Below, piece by piece: positions 57,438 through 64,000 of a DNA stretch of 64,000 nt. The DNA is from a bacterium. GTDB taxonomy: Bacteria; Patescibacteriota; Microgenomatia; Levybacterales; UBA12049. Made by a program: the position numbers and the translations under genes. Location: contig JAJYDJ010000003.1 in the NCBI GenBank assembly GCA_021777565.1, forward strand, positions 65,001-129,000, in the 5' to 3' direction. Positions within the stretch are counted from its first letter, which is position 1; the number at the start of each line of letters is the position of its first letter. Under the pieces are notes generated by a model that searched no databases, was not told the DNA's origin, and worked only from the letters and a program-made list of their open reading frames with translations.

Positions 57438-58601
57438 ATGGCACGTAAAAAAATTACTGAGTTTCGCGCAAAGTCTCTTTTGATCCCCAATTATCAGGGC
57501 ATACGAATCACTCCTGACAGCGATATTTCTAAGGAAGTCGCCAAACTCCAGGATACCCAGACGTATGTCGTGAAGATCGATCACGGAGTGAAAAAACGCA
57601 TGAAACAAGGGCTTATTCTTCTAGATATAAAAAGGGATGCAGTACCAGATGCCATTGAGACATTGAAAGCAAAAGGATATACGAACTTTCTCATTGAACC
57701 ATTCCTTCGCTATAACCCCACAGAAGAAAGATATCTCAGTTTGCAGCGAGTGAGAGACGGGATCATGATCCTTTATGCGCCACAAGGTGGTATCGAGATA
57801 GAGGATCGCCCAGAAAGTCTTATCGCAGAGACTATCCATGCTCCCCAAGAGCTCGCAGCATTCGCAGAGAAGACTGGCCTTACACCCTCACTTTTACAAA
57901 CTATCTATGAAGAATTTGAAGAAAATTACTATGCATTTTTTGAGATAAACCCACTAGTCCTTCATGATGGCAAGTTCCTTCCATTAGATATCGCCTGTGA
58001 AGTCGATGATGCGGCAGAACTTCTCGTCCATCACCGATGGAGTGCTGATGATTTTCCTATCATGACAGCAAAGACTGAAGAGGAAGAAAATATTGATATC
58101 CTTAAAACTAAAAGTGCTGCATCATTTTCATTTGTGCCACTTAATTTAAATGGTAGTATCTTTATGCTCCTCTCTGGAGGAGGAGTAAGTATTGTCCTTG
58201 CAGATGAAGTATATAATTTAGGATATGGAAAAGAATTGGCAAATTATGGAGAATACAGTGGAAATCCCAATGCAGAAGAGACATATTTATATACAAAAAA
58301 TGTATTACAACTTTTACTCAAATCAACCGCTACAAAAAAAGTTTTACTTATTGGCGGCGGGGTAGCAAATTTCACTGATATCGCCAAAACATTTACCGGA
58401 GTCATTCATGCGCTCAGTGAAGTAGCTGATCAGATGCAACAACAACATGTTACTGTATTTGTTCGTCGAGGAGGACCCAATCAGGCAGAAGGGCTTGCCA
58501 AGATGCATAATTTTCTACAAGAAAATAATTTACTTGGCGCCGTGTGTGGACCAGACACACCGCTACCAGATATCGTTGCCCAAATGGTCAAAACAATATG
58601 A
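57438..58601 (+). CDS. ATP-citrate lyase small subunit-like protein (ATP-grasp, AclB/SucC-like)
   Basis: The protein is 387 aa. The ATP-grasp N-terminus resembles succinyl-CoA synthetase beta / ACL. It is translationally coupled (ATGA) to the next gene. Confidence 0.55.
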   Translation: MARKKITEFRAKSLLIPNYQGIRITPDSDISKEVAKLQDTQTYVVKIDHGVKKRMKQGLILLDIKRDAVPDAIETLKAKGYTNFLIEPFLRYNPTEERYLSLQRVRDGIMILYAPQGGIEIEDRPESLIAETIHAPQELAAFAEKTGLTPSLLQTIYEEFEENYYAFFEINPLVLHDGKFLPLDIACEVDDAAELLVHHRWSADDFPIMTAKTEEEENIDILKTKSAASFSFVPLNLNGSIFMLLSGGGVSIVLADEVYNLGYGKELANYGEYSGNPNAEETYLYTKNVLQLLLKSTATKKVLLIGGGVANFTDIAKTFTGVIHALSEVADQMQQQHVTVFVRRGGPNQAEGLAKMHNFLQENNLLGAVCGPDTPLPDIVAQMVKTI

Positions 58602-60382
58602 TCGATATACAAACATTACGAAATACTCCTCACACGATTATTGCAATTGGGACGTACCCTGCGATTATCCAAGCCATGATTGATTTCGATTTTCTCTCAG
58701 GCAAAGATAAACCAAGTATTGCTCTTATCCTTGCAGAAGGACGTAACCACGAGCGGTACTTCTGGGGCAAAGAAGAAATTCTTATTCCTGTCGTTCATGA
58801 AGTCCATAGTATCCCAGATTCACTGCAAAAACAGATAACATTCTTTGTCAATTTTTCCTCAGGCAGACGAACCAAAGACACAACTCTTGAGATTCTTGAT
58901 GCACTTCCCGGGCTTATCGGCGGTGCACTTTTTGCAGAGAAAGTACCTGAGAAACATAGTCTTCGTATGTATGCACATGCCAAGAAGTTAGGAAAGTTCA
59001 TTGTCGGACCCGCAAGTATTGGGTTGTTACTCCCAGGGAGTGTAAAACTTGGAGCCATTGGAGGTACTGATGCACGGCAGCTTATCAGTGCTGACGTATT
59101 CCAGAGAGGATCTGTTGCTGTCCTTTCAGCATCAGGGGGCATGACAAATGAGCTTATTAATGCCGTCACCAGAAGTAACAAGCGCATCTCATTTTCTCTT
59201 GCCTTTGGTGGAGAAAGATTCCCCGTGACGACTCCAACCGAAGCGTTCTTGGCAGCAGAAAAAGATCTAGAGACCAAAACCATCATTTATTTTGGTGAAC
59301 TTGGCGGAAGCGATGAATACGATCTTGCACAACTCATGCAGTCTGGTAGTATTACCAAACCAATCCTCTGCTACATCGCAGGCAGCGTTGCTGAGATGTT
59401 TGATACTCCTCCACAGTTTGGTCACGCAAAGGCACTCGCTCAGTCCAAAGACGAAACCGCACGTGGGAAAAGAGACATGCTTGAAAAAGCCGGCGCACAG
59501 GTTGCAGAGTCTTTTACCGAGTTTCTTTCAATGATCAATGCGCTCCCTGTCGATCAATTTGAAGAAAAATCATATGCGCATGCCCTGCAACTTTTTGCGT
59601 CCCGACATGAGGCATTGATTACTTCTTCTATATCCGGCGATGCCAACGGCGTCACCGGATTGCTGCATGAAGATTTACTTTCTTTCGTGCAAAAGAGATC
59701 ATTTGCCGGAATTGTTTGTTCACTTTTCTTAGGAAGAAATGAGGTCTCACCTGAACTAGAAGAGTTTGTCGATTTTGTCCTGAGATTATTGGTTGATCAT
59801 GGACCAAATGTAAGTGGTGCTATGAATACGATCGTTACGGCTCGTGCAGGACGTGATATTGTTTCGTCTCTTGTTTCAGGACTGCTGACTATTGGTCCTC
59901 GTTTTGGTGGCGCTATCAATCAGGCTGCAGAAAACCTTTTATTAGGCGTCACCACCGGACAAGACGCCGCAGATTTTGTAGAATCATTTGCATCCACCAG
60001 ACAATACATTGCTGGCATTGGTCATAAAAAATATCGTAGTGATCTTCCTGATCCACGGGTAAAGGCACTGAAAGCATTTGGCGAGAAGTTGGAACAAAAA
60101 CGTTTCCTGCAATACGCACTCGCGATTGAAAAAATTACAACCCAAAAGAAAGGGAATCTTATTCTCAATGTTGATGGCGCAATTGCTGCAATACTCCTTG
60201 ATATCCTTTCTGAAAAAGAGCATTATAGTGATCAAGAATTACAAACTCTCGTTGAAAGTGAATTCTTCAATGCCTTCTTTATTCTTTCCCGATCGGTCGG
60301 ATTTTTGGCACATTTCCTTGATCAAAAGCGCATTGATGAGGGCATATTTAGGCTTCCTGATGATTTGATTCTTCACATCTAA
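58598..60382 (+). CDS. ATP-citrate lyase large subunit-like protein (CoA-binding/ligase domains + citrate-synthase-like C-terminal domain)
   Basis: The N-terminus has a CoA-binding Rossmann fold. A phosphohistidine-loop-like FGHAKAL is present. C-terminal GHKKYRSDLPDPRV resembles the citrate synthase GHRVYK..DPR motif. The size, 594 aa from the 58598 start (612 aa for the full ORF), matches AclA. Confidence 0.55.
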   Translation: MIDIQTLRNTPHTIIAIGTYPAIIQAMIDFDFLSGKDKPSIALILAEGRNHERYFWGKEEILIPVVHEVHSIPDSLQKQITFFVNFSSGRRTKDTTLEILDALPGLIGGALFAEKVPEKHSLRMYAHAKKLGKFIVGPASIGLLLPGSVKLGAIGGTDARQLISADVFQRGSVAVLSASGGMTNELINAVTRSNKRISFSLAFGGERFPVTTPTEAFLAAEKDLETKTIIYFGELGGSDEYDLAQLMQSGSITKPILCYIAGSVAEMFDTPPQFGHAKALAQSKDETARGKRDMLEKAGAQVAESFTEFLSMINALPVDQFEEKSYAHALQLFASRHEALITSSISGDANGVTGLLHEDLLSFVQKRSFAGIVCSLFLGRNEVSPELEEFVDFVLRLLVDHGPNVSGAMNTIVTARAGRDIVSSLVSGLLTIGPRFGGAINQAAENLLLGVTTGQDAADFVESFASTRQYIAGIGHKKYRSDLPDPRVKALKAFGEKLEQKRFLQYALAIEKITTQKKGNLILNVDGAIAAILLDILSEKEHYSDQELQTLVESEFFNAFFILSRSVGFLAHFLDQKRIDEGIFRLPDDLILHI

Positions 60383-60383
60383 T

Positions 60384-60605
60384 TTATTTCTCAGCGAAAT
60401 TCACTTGATGTTTTCTTTGTAAAAGGTCGCGGGCTATAGATTGTAATTCCTTCACCATTTGGATTTGTACCTCACCTCGTACTTTTTCAATTTGAAACGT
60501 ATTGGCCGCGTAAAAAATGTGAAGTAATACTTCAACATCTTTCCCTTTGGCGATACGGTAGGTCGCTTTTTCAAACAAAAATGTATCAATATATGTTACC
60601 TTCAT
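60384..60605 (-). CDS. hypothetical protein
   Basis: 73-aa ORF with no recognisable motif. Confidence 0.3.
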   Translation of the reverse strand: MKVTYIDTFLFEKATYRIAKGKDVEVLLHIFYAANTFQIEKVRGEVQIQMVKELQSIARDLLQRKHQVNFAEK

Positions 60606-60758
60606 GCGCTCTCACCTCACTTATTACAAAACAATTCTGCTTTGCAGGAAGGTTTATTCTTGAAGCTAAAAGAAGCGACGTTTCTGCAAACCAACTATTT
60701 CAGTGGTTTGCGACAACAAGATAAATTGCAAAAATTCATACTCTGATAATATCCTGTC

Positions 60759-60897
60759 TTGACGTTTCTGACAAGCACGATATAATACAAGTACCTATGA
60801 CATACGTTTTCTCTGCAAAAAAGTCAAACAAGAAGAACCTCTAACGAGGGCTTGTTTGCATGAATAAAAACAACGCCCTCCCCAGGAGGGTTTTTTT
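60759..60897 (+). promoter_or_regulatory. promoter + Lys-codon-rich leader peptide + terminator/antiterminator: candidate translation-coupled attenuator for lysK
   Basis: TTGACG is at 60759-64, followed by a 16-nt spacer and TATAAT at 60781-86. The mini-ORF 60797-60844 encodes MTYVFSAKKSNKKNL, with 4 Lys codons in 15. GAGGGC at 60846-51 is complementary to GCCCTC at 60875-80. That GCCCTC overlaps the 5' arm of the terminator hairpin (CCCTCC at 60876-81 pairing with GGAGGG at 60885-90), which is followed by a T7 tract. Confidence 0.4.
60875..60897 (+). terminator. intrinsic terminator (GC stem + T7 tract) upstream of lysK
   Basis: CCCTCC-cca-GGAGGG is followed by TTTTTTT at 60891-97. It is not usable in the reverse orientation because the opposite strand has no U-tract after the stem. 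Confidence 0.55.
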
Positions 60898-60926
60898 GTA
60901 GGGTAGAAAAGACGTATAATAGATAT

Positions 60927-62447
60927 ATGAAATACTGGTCAGACACATTAGCTGAAAAATTAAAAGAGAGGCACTTACCTCTGGAGGGTGTCGATGATAT
61001 GAAAACACCATCTGGTCGTGTGCACATGGGGGCGCTTCGAGGGCTGGTTATCCACGATCTCGTATATAAATCACTCCAACAAGCAGACGTACCTACGCGA
61101 TATACCTATGTATATGACGACCATGATCCTATGGATGGATTCCCAGTTTACCTTCCAGAAGAGTTTAAACAATACATGGGTATGCCACTCTACCAAATTC
61201 CTTCTCCTGGTCCAGGAGCAGAAAATTTTGCCCAATATTTTGCCAACGAATTTACAGAAGTTTTTAACAAGATCGGATGTCATCCAGAAATTATTTGGGC
61301 ATCCAAACTCTATGAAGACGGCAAAATGAATGATCTGATCCGTGTCGCTCTCGACCATGCTGATGATATACGCGAAATCTATGAAAAAATGTATAAAAAA
61401 GAGATTGCTAAACCATGGTATCCATACCAGCCGTATTGTCCACAATGTAAAAAAGTTGCGACAACTACAGTTACTGATTGGGATGGCGAACAAATTACAT
61501 TTACCTGTGAAGTGAATAAAGTAAACTGGACACAAGGGTGTGGATACACAGGGAAAATGTCGCCGTTTAGTCATGGTACCGTCGTTGGAAAATTACCATG
61601 GAAAATTGAATGGCCGGCAGTCTGGAAAGTTATTGGAGTAACTGTTGAGGGAGCGGGGAAAGACCATATGTCAGCTGGTGGTTCACACGACGTCGCCAAA
61701 CAAATTTCTGAGAAAGTCTTCCACTACGAAACACCATACCCTATTGCTTATGAGTGGTTTAATATTGGGGGCAAAAAAATGTCCAGTTCTAAAGGAGTTG
61801 GGACATCAGCTGCCGAAATGTTAGAGCTCCTCCCACCAGAATTGGTACGTTTCTTGATGGTACGAACTGACTACAATAAAGCAATTAATTTTGATCCATT
61901 TGGGGATACAATTCCAGCACTTTTTGATGAATATCAACGAGCTGCTCAGGCATATACTGACAAAAGCGATGAACTTCTTGCCCGTATGTTTGAGTTGTCA
62001 CAAATTAATGGCGTACATATGCCACCAAAACTCAGATTCTCAGTCATCGCTCAGCTGGTACAAATGCCAAATATGAAAGACTACATTGCATCAGAGGGTC
62101 TGGAATCTTGGGCGCACTATGCACGCAATTGGGTTGAAAAATATGCGCCAGAAGATGAAAAATTTAGTATCCAAGAAAGTCTGCCAGAAGCAGCAAAAAA
62201 TCTCACAACAACACAAAAAGAATTGCTTGCACGTATTGCAAAAGAACTGGATACAGACTGGGAAGCAGAAAAATTACAATTTGAAATCTATGAATGGGGC
62301 AAAGCGATGGGGATGTCAGGGAAAGAAGTATTTAGTGCAATCTATACAGCACTTATCGGCAAAGATCACGGGCCGAAAGCAGCATGGCTTATTCTTTCAC
62401 TTGAAAAAAACTTTGTACAAAAAAGATTTGAAGAAGCCGCGAAATAA
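60927..62447 (+). CDS. lysK: lysine--tRNA ligase, class I
   Basis: The N-terminal TPSGRVHMG is the class I LysRS HIGH-region variant. KMSSSKG is the KMSKS motif. The protein is 506 aa. TATAAT at 60913-18 lies only 8 nt before the ATG, so the mRNA may be leaderless. Confidence 0.9.
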   Translation: MKYWSDTLAEKLKERHLPLEGVDDMKTPSGRVHMGALRGLVIHDLVYKSLQQADVPTRYTYVYDDHDPMDGFPVYLPEEFKQYMGMPLYQIPSPGPGAENFAQYFANEFTEVFNKIGCHPEIIWASKLYEDGKMNDLIRVALDHADDIREIYEKMYKKEIAKPWYPYQPYCPQCKKVATTTVTDWDGEQITFTCEVNKVNWTQGCGYTGKMSPFSHGTVVGKLPWKIEWPAVWKVIGVTVEGAGKDHMSAGGSHDVAKQISEKVFHYETPYPIAYEWFNIGGKKMSSSKGVGTSAAEMLELLPPELVRFLMVRTDYNKAINFDPFGDTIPALFDEYQRAAQAYTDKSDELLARMFELSQINGVHMPPKLRFSVIAQLVQMPNMKDYIASEGLESWAHYARNWVEKYAPEDEKFSIQESLPEAAKNLTTTQKELLARIAKELDTDWEAEKLQFEIYEWGKAMGMSGKEVFSAIYTALIGKDHGPKAAWLILSLEKNFVQKRFEEAAK

Positions 62448-62450
62448 GAT

Positions 62451-63599
62451 TTATCTATTTATTGATATCCCGCGCTGTTGCAGAAACTCCTCATGAGCTG
62501 TAACAAAATCTTTTCCATAAAGCATTGCTGCAGTCATGTGGACTCTCCAAGCATCGATGTCATCCATCGTCTGCAGTACTTCCAATGTTGTTCTGTATAC
62601 TTCCTGTGATATAGCAATATGTCTTCCTACCACATCTGATCCCCTGTAATTATCTGAGGCAAGGAGATGATAATAGACATCTCCTATAAGTCCTTGCCAC
62701 AATTCTAAATCAGTAAGGGTGTCTTCTCGAGGCCGCATAGTAAATCTATCATGAAAGGAAAATGGAAATTCTCGACCTCCCACCAGATCTCTATCTCTTT
62801 CTACCGAGACGCTATATCCCTCTGCTGCGAGCATGTCACCAATAGGTTCATGTGCCATCCCGCGACGAACCACAACGGCATAAATATTTGGATTCTCTCC
62901 AACAAGAGTGGTAAGACGTCGTACTAAGAGAGTATCTCTATCGAACACATTCTCGCGTGCCAGATCAAGACTACTGCGATACAGCCCGAAAGCTTCATCA
63001 AAATTTCCTGTAGCGAGATTTTGATATGACATTTTTTCTTGCCAACCAAAAAGATTTGAGACAGTTCTCTTTTCTCTTCTTCCAGCTACAAACGGATCCT
63101 CTTCCTCAACTTCCCCCCTATTACTTGCGATAATTTCATCAGTATTCCCTTCAACAACTAAAAGCAATCTCCCACCATGCATTTCGTATAAATTCGTAAG
63201 AATTGCTATTGCCTGTGCTATTTCTGGATTTGTATGCACTGTATAGGCTCGTAGAGCGTTTCTATAATTAAGCGTATTTCCTCTTGCATCCTCTGGTGTC
63301 ACATGTTGTGTTGCACAAACGAATGCCTGCAGTGGTGTAAGTGGAGTTTCCCTGTGTAGTCCTTGTGCGCTCAAACGGGTTACCTCATCGGCGACTTCTT
63401 GTGTCATGTCTGCCATCTCTAGAACAGCAGCAACAGCCATAGGAGCTCCCTCTGGCGTACGCATATCCTCGCTTTCTCTCAAGCGTCGTGCTACTTGATC
63501 TCTCAGCTGAGTGATCCCCTCAGAATGATACGTTGGACCAAGGTCATGCACCATCGAGGAAATATCAAAGAATGGCCCTTGTTGTTCAGAATTCGACAT
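62451..63599 (-). CDS. hypothetical protein
   Basis: 382-aa ORF with no motif recognised. It is somewhat GC-richer than its surroundings. Confidence 0.45.
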   Translation of the reverse strand: MSNSEQQGPFFDISSMVHDLGPTYHSEGITQLRDQVARRLRESEDMRTPEGAPMAVAAVLEMADMTQEVADEVTRLSAQGLHRETPLTPLQAFVCATQHVTPEDARGNTLNYRNALRAYTVHTNPEIAQAIAILTNLYEMHGGRLLLVVEGNTDEIIASNRGEVEEEDPFVAGRREKRTVSNLFGWQEKMSYQNLATGNFDEAFGLYRSSLDLARENVFDRDTLLVRRLTTLVGENPNIYAVVVRRGMAHEPIGDMLAAEGYSVSVERDRDLVGGREFPFSFHDRFTMRPREDTLTDLELWQGLIGDVYYHLLASDNYRGSDVVGRHIAISQEVYRTTLEVLQTMDDIDAWRVHMTAAMLYGKDFVTAHEEFLQQRGISINR

Positions 63600-63658
63600 C
63601 GTGGAGAGATTATATTATAGGTTAAGAAAAAATTCAAGTAGAAGCTTGCCTTATAGCA

Positions 63659-64000
63659 TTATCTCTGTTGGTACTGTTTCTTGTAGAATTTCTGATACTC
63701 GCCTGATTTTATGTCTTTCCACCACTGTTCGTGCTCTTGATACCACTTCACCATACGCTCAAGGTAAGTATCAAAATCATATTGTGGTGCCCAACCAAGT
63801 TCGTTGTGAATTTTTGACCAGTCGACTGCATAACGCACATCATGGCCTGGTCGATCTTTCACGTATTCTATACTTGTCTCATCTTTACCCAGAAGTGCAA
63901 TAATCTTTTTTATGGCAACAATATTTGGGATATCCTCTGTCAAACCCCCTATACAATAGGTGTCGCCTATCTTCCCTTTTTGTAAAATGAGATCAATTGC
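63659..64000 (-). CDS. rfbB: dTDP-glucose 4,6-dehydratase, C-terminal part (N-terminus beyond window edge)
   Basis: DRPGHDVRYAVDWSKIHNELGWAPQYDF...WY..H..WW matches the RfbB C-terminus. The frame is open to position 64000 (upstream residues ...IGDTYCIGGL), so the CDS is truncated by the window. Confidence 0.75.
   Translation of the reverse strand, partial: AIDLILQKGKIGDTYCIGGLTEDIPNIVAIKKIIALLGKDETSIEYVKDRPGHDVRYAVDWSKIHNELGWAPQYDFDTYLERMVKWYQEHEQWWKDIKSGEYQKFYKKQYQQR

Noticed and set aside
60606-60926. T-box or L-box (lysine) riboswitch upstream of lysK
   Set aside because: The leader is only ~100 nt, far shorter than T-box (~250 nt) or L-box (~180 nt) elements. No specifier-loop or T-box consensus was seen. 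A leader-peptide attenuator explains the terminator/antiterminator pair better.
1-64000. CRISPR arrays or other tandem repeat arrays
   Set aside because: No regularly spaced direct repeats were noticed anywhere in the window. Short Thr-Pro repeats (16430-16470) and the Pro-rich SBP N-terminus are coding low-complexity, not arrays.

Overview
This 64 kb window is AT-rich (~37% GC) and appears to come from a small-genome bacterium, probably CPR/Patescibacteria-like. That lineage call is an inference from gene content: class I LysRS, a split transketolase, separate SecD/SecF, DUF3048, VanW, and many membrane-anchored glycosyltransferases. The window has two parts.

(1) Positions ~347-27100 look like an integrated mobile element inserted at the 3' end of a tRNA-Glu(CTC) gene.
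- Integration module: a large serine recombinase overlaps the tRNA 3' end, next to an XRE-type HTH regulator.
- Transfer module: a type-IV-secretion-like set consisting of a VirD4/TraG-like coupling ATPase, a VirB2-like small membrane protein, a VirB6-like polytopic protein, a VirB4 ATPase and an M23 peptidase. No relaxase is recognisable.
- Cargo operon: a dense run of nucleotide-handling enzymes (thymidylate-synthase-fold protein, DNPH1/N-deoxyribosyltransferase-like protein, dNK-like P-loop kinase, NUDIX, HD, HAD) mixed with sugar-modifying enzymes (Gfo/Idh/MocA oxidoreductase, DegT aminotransferase, two GT2 glycosyltransferases, a polytopic membrane GT, a CE4 deacetylase).
- Defence module: a three-gene restriction-modification-like unit (C5-cytosine methyltransferase, PLD-family nuclease candidate, Z1-domain ATPase).

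(2) Positions ~27300-64000 are ordinary chromosomal genes: DEAD-box helicase, IMPDH/GMP-reductase family, glycerate kinase, split transketolase, FAD-linked oxidase, SecDF, Ham1, YqeY, Lon, secreted thermonuclease, cell-envelope glycosylation genes, VanW, an ABC solute-binding protein, GreA, acetyl-CoA synthetase, a two-subunit ATP-citrate-lyase-like pair, class I LysRS, and a partial dTDP-glucose 4,6-dehydratase.

The most interesting candidates are:
- the cargo operon, whose gene content fits a possible hydroxymethyl-pyrimidine / DNA hypermodification or nucleotide-sugar pathway;
- the Dcm+PLD+Z1 system;
- a lysine-codon-rich leader-peptide attenuator upstream of lysK;
- the ATP-citrate-lyase + Acs block.

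All functional calls come from motif recognition by eye in the supplied translations; no database searches were run.
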